Counted from the first letter of the stretch, positions 1-12,379 are shown. The stretch: DNA of 64,000 nucleotides from Octopus vulgaris (GCA_951406725.2 OX597831.1:76756001-76820000), one strand, 5' to 3'. Translations and numbers: made by a program. The notes: generated by a model not told the origin, from the sequence alone.

Positions 1-620
1 CGTTGTTAGATTTCTTAATGAGGATTTCGAGGAAGGGGAGTTGTTTCTGGCTATATTCCATCGTGAATTGGATGTTTACGTCAAGTCCATTTAAAAGTGC
101 TTGGAATTCTTTAAGTTTCTCGATATTTTCATGCCAAAGAATGAAACAGTCATCCAGGTATCTCTTTCAGGTATTTTCTATGTAGAGGGAGAATGGGCTG
201 ACGTACTTTTCTAGAACCTTATGATAATGACTAATTTCTAGATATCCCGTGACTAGGTTAGCAAATCACAGTCCCCGATTTTTGTCGGTAGAAGTTGTCT
301 TTGAAGGCGAAGTAGTTATTTTCCAGGATGAATTTAAGCCCTTCTATCACGAATTCTTTTTTGATGCGATGTGGGAGTTCGTTGGCGTAATTCTCTAGCC
401 AGAATTGAATTACCTCTATTCCTAGGCTGTGGGGGATATTGGAATAGAGGTTGACTACATCGAAAGATACTAGTAGCGTGTTTCTATTGTTCTAGGAAGG
501 TGCTTGTTTATTGTTTTAGGGAGGTGATTGAGCCCTTCTCTGTATAGGTTTAACATGGATTTTAGGTCTCCCATCATTTTCTGCTGACTGTAGTGTTAGG
601 CCTTTTCATAATATATATAT
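1..620 (-). mobile_element. Penelope-like element RT fragment, decayed; duplicate of 14174-14785
   Basis: Minus-strand translation matches the PLE RT at 44478-45503 (LVSFDV..LYSNIP, RYLDDCFI region). Near-identical to 14174-14785. Confidence 0.85.
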
Positions 621-815
621 ATATATATGGGGGTGGGGTGGGGTGTATTCATGCATAAATTGTAACAATGAAGTCAAATCAAATGATGGCATTTTGAAAG
701 CATTTAACGCATGCGTTTAAGATCTTGCGTTACATAGAGTAAGAAATAAATCCGCTATATGCAAGGTCTTCTGTAGTTAATTTATTTCAAAATATGAACC
801 AACTGATAGAAATAG

Positions 816-895
<80 letters not shown>

Positions 896-939
896 GTAGC
901 TTATTCCGTTAAGGTAAAGAACAGTAAGAAAAGTGCTAA

Positions 940-1483
940 ACACCGTTCGTCACAGCCCTCCTGGTGATCAACTTCTTGACAGAGATGGGCATCAGGACTG
1001 TTCCTTATCTTCTCTACAGTTCAGACCTTTGCTCCTTGTAACTTCTAGTTGTTCTCCAGGCTGAAGGAGAGTTAGACAGATAATTGCAGTGTTTTAATTG
1101 AAGTAATGGCTTAAGGCGGCAAGCTGGCAGAAACGTTAGCACGCAGGGCGAAATGTGTAGCCGTATTTCGTCAGTCTTTACGTTCTGAGTTCAAATTCCG
1201 CCAAGGTCGATTTGCCTTTTATCCTTTCGAGGTCGATGAATTAAGTACCAGTTTCGTACTGGGGTTGATGTAATCGACTGGCCCCCTCTGAGGTAACAAT
1301 CGCTTTGAAGATGAAGGAGGCTGCGACAAGGGTCCTGGACGCGTTCATTGTGAAGGACTTCTATGGGGCCTCCACAAAGTGGCTGGGGTGCTACAGCTAG
1401 CTCAGTGAAGTTAGAGGATCCTACTTTGAAATTAATAAATGTTACACCTGAAAAACTCGTAAACTTCTGGAATGCACCTTGTA
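940..1483 (+). mobile_element. Mariner-type transposase 3' relic interrupted by a SINE (copy at 15085-15630)
   Basis: Decayed YSSDLAPCNF*LFSRLK resembles the mariner YSPDLAPxDF motif. It continues as KWL..GSYFE and ends in a TIR-like aaacttctggaatgcaccttgTA. Confidence 0.6.
1115..1290 (+). mobile_element. tRNA-derived SINE family A
   Basis: ggcggc(g/a)agctggcagaa head and B-box gagttcaaattcc. Many copies occur in the window. Confidence 0.8.
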
Positions 1484-1523
1484 CATTAAAGTTTAGGTAA
1501 GAAACGCAAAGAGAAGTATTTAC

Positions 1524-1739
1524 CTGAAGATAAGGACGAAAGGCGTCTGGGAAACGTAGAATTGCCATATCCATCACCGAGACTGTTTTGGTGTCCTCCT
1601 CTGAGAGCAGATTTTTAATATCATATTTAAATGCTTGTGTTGCTGCAACCAAAGCTATCTTTCTAATGTCTATTTTCGTCTCATAAAGTATCGATGGATC
1701 TTGAATAAGTTTATTAAACCAACTTTCGATATTGTATAC
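1524..1739 (-). CDS. Gene W exon 4 (72 codons, VYNIESWF...DMAILRFPDAFRPYLQ)
   Basis: tttacag acceptor and gtaaat donor, 216 nt, open, phase 0/0. Paralogous to 15670-15885, 24572-24785 and 57884-58096. Confidence 0.85.
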
Positions 1740-2668
1740 CTGTAAATAAGGATTTTGAATATTTTATATACAACCAACAACATCGACATGCAGGGTGCAG
1801 GATGAAAAAGCTCCTGTATTTTACCTTTTATTATTGTAAAACTAGTGAAGTTAGACAGATAATTACAGTGTTTTAATTGAAGTAATGGCTCAAGGCGGCG
1901 AGCTGGCAGAATCGTTAGCACGCCGAGCGAAATGCGCACACACATACACACCCGTACATAGAACGTACATTACTCCACGTAAGGCACGCTCTATGTTACT
2001 GATACACATACATACACACAGGTCCACATCATTTTCCGCTCACTCATGTATACTTTCGCTCTCGCCTCCATTCATACATATACACTCGCACACACGTGCT
2101 TGAAGAAATTCGATGAGCCGGGTCATCGTTATTATCTCCCTTTTATTCAACCTCTTTCTTCCGGCCATTTCATCATGTTGAACCGTTAATGTCTACACCT
2201 ATTTTCTATCTCTCTCCGTTTTCTTTTTTTCTTTTTCCCTCCTTTTTTCCCCTCCTTAAGCACATAAATAATAAACAAGGTGGAAAACAAAAAATAGTAT
2301 TCGAATACGGAGGTAGAGTAATATGCTTTATTAATAAAGCTGCAAAGATATCACAAAAACTGTTTCTGAAAGTTTCACGTTCCCGTTCGTTGGAAGATTT
2401 GGTTGAGAATACTCGACTAAGAGGAACATGAGACTCTGAGTAATATATATATATATATATATATATGTATATCAAAGGAAATACTTATTTATTTTAATCC
2501 CTCAGCTATTTAATGCTTTTCTTGGGCCTGCGATCACCTATATTATTAATTCTGTTATTATCATTTTTTAAAATACTCATTCCAGATGATAATTTTGTTA
2601 TCATTAAATTAATAATTAATTTCAGAGAATTTATAGTTTTTCTCGCGAATTGTTTGCCCCTATATAGA

Positions 2669-2751
<83 letters not shown>

Positions 2752-2761
<10 letters not shown>

Positions 2762-3086
2762 ATTTAGGGTATCTAAGATACCGCCAGGCTGGAAATAGCA
2801 GCCAAAATCTGACACTAAAAACCACATTAAGTGTCCACACAGCACCAGGAGAGAAGACAAAAAGACAAAATAAACTAGTTAGAAATTACTGGATAATTCC
2901 AGATCCCGGATTTCTGGCCTTTGCATAAGAAATGCTTTGCCTCGTCAGTGGAATATACGCAGTTCATTTTGTCATTTTGTCTTCTCTCCTGGTGCTGTAT
3001 GGACACTTAATTTGGTTTTAGAGCCAGGTTTTGGCTGCCATTTCCAGTGTGGCGGTATCTCTTAGATACCCTAAATTATAATTTTA
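2752..3086. mobile_element. Non-autonomous PLE-like element: about 125-bp inverted repeats around a hammerhead motif
   Basis: 2752-2876 is an imperfect reverse complement of 2961-3086. The spacer holds a hammerhead motif. Confidence 0.65.
2897..2953 (-). ncRNA. Hammerhead ribozyme-like motif
   Basis: UUCCA-CUGACGA-GGC..GCAU/AUGC..GCC-(A)GAAA-UCCGGGA-UC-UGGAA. One extra A precedes GAAA. Confidence 0.65.
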
Positions 3087-3448
3087 ATAATAATTATTAC
3101 CTTTGAAGGTTTTTATTCCCATGCTGTCCACTTGATAAGATCAATATTTAAATTAACGATCTTATCCTTACTTATATAAATTTTATATATATATATATAT
3201 ATATAAATTAGAAAAAAACCGCCTTTTATCAATTCAAAATAAAAAATTAAATTACATCATCTAGAAAATTACATATGATAGAAATATTAAAATTAAAATA
3301 ACAATAATATACCGATGATTAAGTAAATTGCAGAATAATAATAAAACGTAATATTATATATAATTTTCTAGATGGTGTAATTTAATTGTTCATTTTGAAT
3401 TGATAAAAGGCGGTTTTTTCTAATTTTTGTATATATATTATAAATTAT

Positions 3449-3489
<41 letters not shown>

Positions 3490-3497
3490 TATATATA

Positions 3498-3537
<40 letters not shown>

Positions 3538-3609
3538 TTATATTATATATATATATATATATATATAATAATATATATAATATGTATTTAATTATCATTT
3601 TATATATGT

Positions 3610-3710
<101 letters not shown>

Positions 3711-3900
3711 CTTAAATATAGCAGCGAAACACGTGTCGTTTTGCTACCTATTATATACATTTTTATTGTTTTTGTAATTTACTTAATCTTTACATTTTAT
3801 TGTTAGTTTAATTTTAACTTTTCTATTATATGTAATTTTCTAGATGGTGTAATTTAATTATTCATTTTGAATTGATAAAAGGTGTTTTTTAAAAATATTT

Positions 3901-3958
<58 letters not shown>

Positions 3959-4016
3959 GTTGTGTGTGTGTGTCTGTGTGCATGAATGTATTATCACAAA
4001 TTTGGAAAATTCTCAC

Positions 4017-4208
4017 CATTACATGGTCGACATCTTTGGATAATTTCGCTACATCATATCTCTCGAACTTTATCATTCCTTCATGGAAGCCGTCCCGTGT
4101 GCTGTTAAACATTTTTAAATATGGAACATTGTCAAAATAGTCCAGCAGTTCTTCCCAGCTTGAAACTTTCATGTCTTTTATAGCTTTCATCACTCCGCTC
4201 ACCATCAT
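4017..4208 (-). CDS. Gene W exon 3 (64 codons, MMVSGVMKAIK...DVDHVM)
   Basis: ttttcag acceptor and gtgaga donor, 192 nt, open. Paralog of 17350-17541 and 30093-30281. Confidence 0.85.
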
Positions 4209-4478
4209 CTGAAAACAGAATATAAATAAGAAAAAAATATAAACAAATAGAATGAAAATTAAAAGTATAGAAAAAATTCGTCTTCTATTTGCTTTTATCA
4301 TCGGAATGGTGCCATGCTGGAGCACTGCTTTGAACATATAGACTCCAATACTTATTTTGTGGTACTTAATATATCGGTCTTTTTTTTTTACCGAACCCTT
4401 AAGTTATGGGATGTAAACAAACCAGTACCGATTCTCGAGGGGTTGTGGGGACCAAACACGTTCACAAAGGACTACAAT

Positions 4479-4949
4479 TAGGATCGGTACTGGTTTGTTT
4501 ACATCCCATAACTTAAGGGTTCGGTACATAAAAAAAGACCGTGTTAAGTAAACAAAATAAGTATTGGAGTCTATATGTTCAAAGCAGTGCTCCAGCATGG
4601 CACCATTCCGATGATAAAAGCAAATAGAAGACGAATTTTTTCTATACTTTTAATTTTCATTCTATTTGTTTATATTTTCTTATTTATATTCTGTTTTCAG
4701 ATGAGCGGAGTGATGAAAGCTATAAAAGACATGAAAGTTTCAAGCTGGGAAGAACTGCTGGACTATTTTGACAATGTTCCATATTTAAAAATGTTTAACA
4801 GCACACGGGACGGCTTCCATGAAGGAATGATAAAGTTCGAGAGATATGATGTAGCGAAAACATCCAAAGATGTCGACCATGTAATGGTGAGAATTTTGCA
4901 AATTTGTGATAATACATTCATGCACACGGACACACAGACACACATACAA

Positions 4950-4980
<31 letters not shown>
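4479..4980 (+). repeat. Inverted duplicate of about 3924-4436, including an antisense-oriented copy of exon 3 (4701-4886)
   Basis: Near-perfect reverse complement with a 6-nt deletion and a few substitutions. Absent from the sister copy at about 17.8-18.2 kb. Confidence 0.95.
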
Positions 4981-4982
<2 letters not shown>

Positions 4983-5378
4983 TACACAGACAAAAGAAAA
5001 AACCCGCATACACAAACATTACATAATACACATACGAATATAAGGCAGGCTTCCGTACAGTTTCCGTCTGCCAAACTCAATCTGTCAATATTGTAGAAGA
5101 CAGTTTCCCAAGGTGCCGCGCAGTGAACTCGAAGCCCTGTGGTTACCAAGTAAACTTTCTTACCACAGAGCTACACCTCTGCCTATTTCTTTGTTTTAAT
5201 CTTTTATTCTTTCCCTTATTTTACTTATTAAATTGCGGCCATGCTGGTGTCAATCAAATCAACCCCAGTGCATATTTCAAGTCTGGTCCTTATTCTTTTG
5301 GACCTGTTTTATAGAATCGTTAAATTACTGGAACGCAAACAAACCCACACCGGATGTCAAGTGGTGAGAGACAAAGAC

Positions 5379-5433
<55 letters not shown>

Positions 5434-5437
<4 letters not shown>

Positions 5438-5850
5438 GGACTACTAAAAAAGAATGAACCGATTTCATTTTGCAATATTTTAATAAGGTAAAGCAACAGA
5501 AAACTCCAGCTAAGTCACAAGTATTTACTCACAATCAACCTTTATTCCCTGTCTTAGAAAGGGTTCAATGTGGCCACCACCTATAGCACGGTCAACATCA
5601 ATGCGATAAGAGAATCCCTCCCAGACGCGTATCAGCATATCACGATCCGGTTACTACTTCTTTGGCCGTCTGTTTGAATGATTTATCCAAGTTTTTCCAT
5701 TTCGCTTCTATGTCAATACCTTCTGGAATCGCCTCAAGCAAAGCAAATTTATTTTTCAGCTCCATAATGAACTTGCTTTTGATGTGCTGATACGCGTCTG
5801 GATGGTAGGAAACTCTAAGTACTGCATGTGAGTCTCCATGTTTGTAACAT
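5434..5850 (-). mobile_element. Tc1/mariner-like DNA transposon 3' relic (copy at 18681-19100)
   Basis: Minus strand gives DMLIRVW..YRIDV.R..GGGHIE, a typical transposase C-terminus, followed by a TIR-like end at TA. Confidence 0.5.
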
Positions 5851-5899
5851 TATATTATATTATATTGATTATATTATATTGATATTATATTATATTATA

Positions 5900-6345
5900 T
5901 TGGCTCTCAGGACGGCCTGCTGTGCTAACCTTGGATCGTAGAGTGACCCGCTGTTCTTGAGGAGACCTATTGAGTCAAGTACATCAACATCAAAATAAAA
6001 ATTCAAATGGAAATTGTAGTTAAGACACCCGTGCCGGTGACACGTAAAAAGCACCGTCTGAACGTGGTAGATGCCAGCGCCGCCTGACTGGCGTCCGTTT
6101 CGGTGTCACGTAAAAGCACCAACCGATCGTGGCCGTTTGCTAGCCTGCCCTGGCCCTTGTGCCGGTGGCACGTAAAAGACACCCACTACACTCACGGAGT
6201 GGTTGGCGTTAGGAAGGGCATCCAGCTGTAGAAACACTGCCAAATCAGACTAGAGCCTGGTGCAGCCTCCATGGCTTCCAGATCCTGGTCGAACCGTCCA
6301 ACTCATACTAGCATGGAAAACGGACATTAAATAATGATGATGATA
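5900..6345 (+). mobile_element. SINE-like or non-LTR 3' fragment with internal ccggtg(g)cacgtaaaa repeats and a (TGA)n tail (copy at 19150-19595)
   Basis: Three internal repeats, ggcgttaggaagggcatccagc and a simple-repeat tail. Confidence 0.55.
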
Positions 6346-6399
6346 AATGTGTAGGTATATGTAAGTATGGATGGATGTATTCCAACTATCTGCTCTTAC

Positions 6400-6593
6400 C
6401 TGTAAATATTTATCCATTAGTTTTAAAGATTTAAAAGTCAGGTGGCCAAACGAAGCTGCTATTTCAAATCTCGGATTGATTTCTCTTGTTTCGTCGAATT
6501 TTTTAAATAAATCCGCTGTATCAAACACTTGAAGATATTGACGAAGTTTCTTTCGGATTTCTTGGTTCTTAGTTACCGTCACGTTCCCAGCAT
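6400..6593 (-). CDS. Gene W exon 2 (DAGNVTVTK...FEIAASFGHLTFKSLKLMDKYLQ)
   Basis: Pyrimidine tract with ttaag acceptor (phase 1) and gtaaga donor. 194 nt keeps the frame. Confidence 0.85.
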
Positions 6594-6683
6594 CTTAACA
6601 CGAAGGAAAAAAACACATAAGAAATAGAAATAATTTGGAATATGGAAGCTTGTCTTTATCTGTTTGTCAGGCAGTCAGTCTAA

Positions 6684-6771
<88 letters not shown>

Positions 6772-6772
6772 A

Positions 6773-6835
<63 letters not shown>

Positions 6836-6893
6836 TTAGTACTTAGGGAGTTTTGATTTTCAGTCGGATGACTTTTGGCCAACCCTGTGTATG

Positions 6894-6984
<91 letters not shown>

Positions 6985-7073
6985 TATGTTATGCGGAAGA
7001 ATTCAACGTTTCGGAGAGTGTCATTTATCAAGAGCGAAAAGCGGAGTAAAACAATAAGGAAGAAACGACTTAC

Positions 7074-7143
7074 CTTCTTGACCATTCCCTCTTTCAAATG
7101 CAAGAAACAGGAAGCATAACAGGAACGGAACGAGTCGTACCAT
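7074..7143 (-). CDS. Gene W exon 1, signal peptide MVRLVPFLLCFLFLAFERGNG-QE
   Basis: aaATGG start, hydrophobic core, G-x-G cleavage motif and gtaagt donor in phase 1 matching exon 2. Confidence 0.8.
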
Positions 7144-7177
7144 TTCGAAGCAGTGATTGAAATATCTCCTGTTTGAA

Positions 7178-7185
7178 CTTTTATA
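7178..7185 (-). promoter_or_regulatory. TATA box TATAAAAG of gene W
   Basis: Consensus TATA about 35 nt upstream of the ATG, with an initiator-like tcaatc/tcact about 25 nt downstream of it. Confidence 0.5.
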
Positions 7186-7836
7186 ATTTCAACCACTTCA
7201 TAAAAATCAATACTTGGATTACTTAGAGCAATAATCATTGTTTTGTTTGATGGCTTTTTTCTCTTCCTGTTCTTAATGGCTTTGAAGTTGTTGTCAATGC
7301 ATTTGCCATTGTGGTTCTCTTAACAAAAGAACCAGATCTTCAGACATTCAATGTTCTGATGGTACTTCCGAGGATAGCACAAGTCCAGTTTCTCACGTAT
7401 GAAAGTGTGTATGATCACTGTATCTCTCTCCTCTCCCTCTTTCTCTTTTTTATGTTGCCCCATTTTCCACCAATCTTAACCTAATTTTAAACTTATGGCA
7501 ATTAACTTTACAATGAATCTCACGTTTATGTTAGTCATGCCGTTGCTGTTTATGTTATTGCTACTATTGTTGCTGTTGCTGCTGTTGTTGTTGTTGTTGT
7601 TGTTGTTGTTTGGTACTGGCTCTATTCCAAGAAAAGAAACCAATGATAAAAGATGTTCCAGATATGAATATCTTGCCATATTTTCAAATACGGCATAATA
7701 TGATTTGACGGAAGTTTGGTTGATATTTCTAGCATGTTAAGCGACCACAATGAAGCCTTGCTATTGATTAACTCGTAATTTTGATCATAAGCTGCTTGAG
7801 TACAATAACATATATATACATGTATATATATACATA

Positions 7837-7927
<91 letters not shown>

Positions 7928-8205
7928 GTATTTAAATAATGAAGGAGATAAACTGAATATTATTTAAATTAATATCAATTTAAAATCAGTAGCCTAGCAT
8001 ACAAAAAATCTGAAAAATCGGAGAAAATTCTAATACATGTATATATTTTAAGGGCTAAAAGCCACTATGTGGACAGCCATATGCTAGAAATAGATCACCT
8101 ACGATCAAACTACAAAAAAAAAAATGTTCTCTAGAGAAAAATTCAGCGGACACCAGAACAATAGGCGGGCAAGACTGATGAAAATTATATAAAAATCAAG
8201 AATTA

Positions 8206-8280
8206 ATCGCATACCGATTTCGTCTATTAACGAATGAATTACTTACGTAATCCTTCTCCCGTTGGACTCATCAGTACGAT
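8206..8280 (-). ncRNA. Hammerhead ribozyme, type I minimal (copy at 21375-21449)
   Basis: AUCGUA-CUGAUGA-GUC...AUUAC(GUAA)GUAAU...GAC-GAAA-UCGG-UA-UGCGAU. Stem I has 6 bp. Confidence 0.75.
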
Positions 8281-8586
8281 CGTTCCAAAAGCAATATCAT
8301 TTGTAAAACTAACCACCAGTTTTCCGTATAAAAACAGACACGTGCTTAGTTCCACCGATTACATTGGGGTTAATTTCAAATGTCTGAGTTCTGGCGCGCT
8401 AAATTCCAGAAACAAAAACTGCAGCAAATAATTTTCTGCAGTTATATGCTTATATATATGTATGTATATATATGTATATATATATATATATATATATCGA
8501 CTGTTTCGCTTCGTTATTTCATTATTTCGTAACTATATTAACCTACACACACATACTCATATGCATACACATACATACATACATAA

Positions 8587-8627
<41 letters not shown>

Positions 8628-8637
8628 CATACATACC

Positions 8638-8668
<31 letters not shown>

Positions 8669-8737
8669 ATATATATATACATGCATACCTATATATATGC
8701 ATATATATACATATATACTTATATATATATTCATATA

Positions 8738-8807
<70 letters not shown>

Positions 8808-8879
8808 TATATGAATATATATATATAAGTATATATGTATATATATATGCATATATATAGGTATATATAGGTATGCATG

Positions 8880-8917
<38 letters not shown>

Positions 8918-8941
8918 GGTATGTATGTTTAGTTATATATA

Positions 8942-8977
<36 letters not shown>

Positions 8978-9352
8978 TGTATGTATGTATGTATGTATGT
9001 ATGTATGTATGTATGTGTATGCATATGAGTATGTGTGTGTAGGTTAATATAGTTACGAAATAATGAAATAACGAAGCGAAACAGTCGATTACAATTTTTA
9101 TTCGAGGTTTTTCTTACATTTCTATACATGAAATAAACTTTAGATACGGAAGTTTTCAATTCATAAGGTAAATTGTATATTTATTAAGGAAACCATCAAT
9201 TTGTGAGAATTATTAACGTAACGTGAGGCTTGCAGTTAAAGATTGTGTGTGCATCTGTGCGTGCATATATTTGTGAGTGTTTGTATATGTGTATTTATGT
9301 GTTTCTATACAGGTCCCAAATTCTCAACGCAAGTTAAGAACTGAATATTTTT

Positions 9353-9532
9353 TTATTTCATATCAAACAGTATTTTTAATTCCTTATACAGAGTTCTCTT
9401 CGCCTTTTTCTTCATTTTTTTAATGTACTTTTTGTTGGCGAAGTTGAACCGGCAGAGGACCCCGCACGATCCATCTTCAATAATTATCATACGCCACGAC
9501 TCTCTGTAACCAATGAGCTGAACAGTAAACAC
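9353..9532 (-). CDS. Orphan Y-type terminal exon 5 (59 aa + stop, 12-nt in-frame deletion)
   Basis: Intact ttttag acceptor, VFTVQLIGYRESWR...ELKILFDMK*. Copy of 22223-22414. Confidence 0.5.
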   Translation of the reverse strand: MFTVQLIGYRESWRMIIIEDGSCGVLCRFNFANKKYIKKMKKKAKRTLYKELKILFDMK

Positions 9533-9645
9533 CTAAAATAAATATATACAACGGAAACATGGTGAGTAATAAGAAAAATACAGGAGTTTGATGCACGTAG
9601 ACAACAGGCTATTTGTGTGAGGACTATGTGATAAAAGTGTCGGTT

Positions 9646-10245
9646 TAGGCGAGCTGGCAGTAACGTTAGCACGCCGGGCGAAATGCGTGGCCGTAATTCG
9701 TCTGTCGTTACATTGTGAGTTCAAATTCCGCCGAGGTCGACTTTGCCTTTCATCCTTTCGAGGTCGATTAAATAAGTACCAGTTACGCACTGGGGGCGAT
9801 GTAATCGACTTAATACCTATATCTGTCCTTGTTTCTTCTCTCTATGTGGGTAATAAAGAAATAGGTATTTCGTCTGCCGGTACGTTCTGATTTTAAATTC
9901 CGCGGTGCCCCAGAATGGCCACTGTCTAACAAATGAAACAGATAGAGGCAGCGAGCTGGCAGAAACGTTAGCACGCCGTGAGAAATGCTTAGCGGTATTT
10001 CGTCTGCGCTACGTTCTGAGTTCAAATTCTGCCGAGGTCGACTTTGCTTTTCATCCTTTCGGGTTCATTTATGTATCATTTATGCACTGGGGTCGATATA
10101 ATCGACTCAATCCGTTTGTCTGACCTTGTTTGTCCCCTCTGTGTTTAGACCCTTGTGGGTAGTAAAGAAATAGGTATTTCGTCTCTCTTTAAGTTCTGAG
10201 TTCAAATTCCGCTGAGGTCGACTTTGCCTTTCATTCTTTCGGCCT
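9646..10245 (+). mobile_element. Cluster of SINE family A copies containing the duplication junction (about 9903)
   Basis: Repeated SINE heads and bodies. Homology with 22530-22797 ends at ttttaaattccgc. Confidence 0.75.
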
Positions 10246-10453
10246 CGAGTAGAAAAAACTTTGCCTTTCATTCTTTCGGCCTAGAGTAGAAAAAACTAAA
10301 TGAAGCAGATAAAAAAGATTAAAGACACACACACAAACAAACACACATACAAATATATCTCAGACCAAATGAAGACACGCTCAATTGTTTTCACCTGGAT
10401 GATTAATTCTACGATTTATTCAGGTATTAACTGAAGTGACCTTTATTTAGGGA

Positions 10454-10639
10454 TTAGCTGAATAGATCTTCAATGTCGGCCATAAGAACATCCTGGGTCT
10501 TTTTCTTCAGATGTTTCATATATTCTTTGTTCGGGCGGTATTTTATTGCATTGAATCTACCAATAACAGTCGAAGAACCAATTCGTTTCCATAAAACTCG
10601 AAAATTTGAGCGGCGAACTTGCAACTTGATGACAAAAAC
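10454..10639 (-). CDS. Gene Z exon 5 (61 aa + stop, VFVIKLQVRR...DIEDLFS*)
   Basis: Long pyrimidine tract with ctcag acceptor, homology to the other exon-5 copies (G.RFN..Y.PN..Y), and AATAAA at 10442-10447. Confidence 0.85.
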   Translation of the reverse strand, partial: VFVIKLQVRRSNFRVLWKRIGSSTVIGRFNAIKYRPNKEYMKHLKKKTQDVLMADIEDLFS

Positions 10640-10689
10640 CTGAGAAAAAAACAAAACAAAAACAAAAGGTAAGAAAGTGATATTAAAGA

Positions 10690-11265
10690 ATATATGCGCA
10701 AGAAAAAAGCGTATAGGCGCTAAGTATTGTATAGGCTACTCAGAATATATAGGCTACATAAAATGTATAGGTGATGAAGAATTTATAGTAATAAAATGCA
10801 TATAGGCAATAAGATAAATGTATAGGAATTAGGTATAGTATAGACAATAAAGAATCTATAGGTTACATAAATGTATAAGTGATACAGAGTTTATAAGTAA
10901 TAAAGAGTGAACAGACAATAAGAAAAATGTATAGGAATTAGGTATTGTATAAACAGTGAAAAAATGTATAAGTTACACAGAATGTATAGGCGACAGAGAA
11001 TCTATAAGTAATAAAGCGTGTATAGACAATAAGAAAAATGTATAGGAATTTAGTACGATATAGGCAGTAAAGAATGTAGAGGCAATAAAAATATAAGCAA
11101 TAAAAACATATTGGTCGTAAATATAGTAGACGCTAAAGAATCTGTAAATTATAAGGAATTTAGAATAAAAAAATGTATAGGCAATGTAGAATGTATAAAC
11201 AGTAAAGATTTCATTAACAGAGTCAATTAATAATATATAGGCAGAAAAATAAAGATGTATAAACT
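10690..11265. repeat. Degenerate 18-19-bp minisatellite (approx. aagaatgtataggcaata)
   Basis: About 30 diverged monomers with a higher-order period of about 110 bp. Confidence 0.8.
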
Positions 11266-11375
11266 GATGGTGACGGGGGAATTTTGAAGATTTGGCTGCA
11301 TTTTCTAACTGGGAGGAAGGCTTCATAGAGGTCTCCGTCGTGGTCCGTGATACTACGAGTATTATTATTATTATT

Positions 11376-11834
11376 CAGTAGTTTTATTTTTATAGCGTGC
11401 TTTCACTTCACTACCGAGCGCAGCTCTGTGTGCCTTGGGTATGTGCTGTGATTTGTTGTGATGCTCTGATGGTTATTGTATGGAAAGTGTTCTGCGTAGG
11501 ATGTGTGCAGTGCCTAGTAGTGCAATTTTCTGTATGTTATATGTGTTTGTAAGTCCTGGTGTTTTCGTCTGAATATTTTTTTATCATGCCTAATGCACCT
11601 ACTATGATAGGAATTGTTTCTGTTTTCAGATTCCACATTCTAGTTACCTCTATTTCCAGGTCTTTGTATTTTGAGAGTTTCTCCATTTCTTTTAGAGACA
11701 CGTTGTCATCTGCCGGTATTGATACATCAATTAGAAAGCATTTTTTTTCTTCATGATCTCTGACAACTATATCTGGTCTGTTGACAACTATATCTGTGTG
11801 TATCGGCATATCCCAGAGTATGGTTGCTTTCTCG
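11376..11834 (-). mobile_element. 5'-truncated R4/Dong-like non-LTR element (RLE domain) in (TAA)n
   Basis: NRPDIV..IDVSIP..EKLSKYKDL..PIIVGALG is a restriction-like endonuclease signature. (TAT)n flanks both ends. Confidence 0.8.
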
Positions 11835-11842
11835 TTATTATT

Positions 11843-11875
<33 letters not shown>

Positions 11876-11918
11876 ATTATTATTATTATTATTATTATTA
11901 TTAGTAGTAGTAGTAGTT

Positions 11919-11961
<43 letters not shown>

Positions 11962-11978
11962 CAGCAGCAGCAGCAGCA

Positions 11979-12045
<67 letters not shown>

Positions 12046-12379
12046 AAGTAGTAGTAGTAGTAGTAGTCCACAGAGTCCTCGCTATGCTAAGATATAGTAT
12101 TATAGTTTATATGGTGGAGAAGACGAAAACTGAATCTCGTGTCTGCTATTAACTGTTTGGTTGTAAAAAGAATTCACTTTTACAGAAATCTCATCCACTG
12201 GTAAGAATATACACACACATGCACACACATACACACAAGTACACACACATATATGCATATACAAATTATGCATAAATACACACATACATGCATACATACA
12301 TAATACAAGACATACATACATACATACATACATACATACATACATACATACATACATACATACATACATACCTACATAC

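Noticed and set aside
4575-5096. 173-aa plus-strand ORF as an independent gene
   Set aside because: It is the inverted copy of exon 3 plus intron and SINE sequence, with no other plus-strand exons.
6984-7470. Long minus-strand frame MGQHKK...FFC*ENH...MIIALSNPS...KK with an in-frame TAA in both duplicates (possible edited or read-through stop)
   Set aside because: It ends in phase 0, but exon 2 needs phase 1. The other frame gives a clean signal peptide with a TATA box upstream, so this is promoter or UTR sequence.
7476-7915. ORFs MARYSYLEHL...poly-N and the overlapping frame (also 20712-21097)
   Set aside because: Driven by a microsatellite, conserved only because of the recent duplication, and no compatible splice into the gene.
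10690-11265. CRISPR-like array
   Set aside because: No constant repeat with unique spacers, and the context is eukaryotic. It is a degenerate minisatellite.
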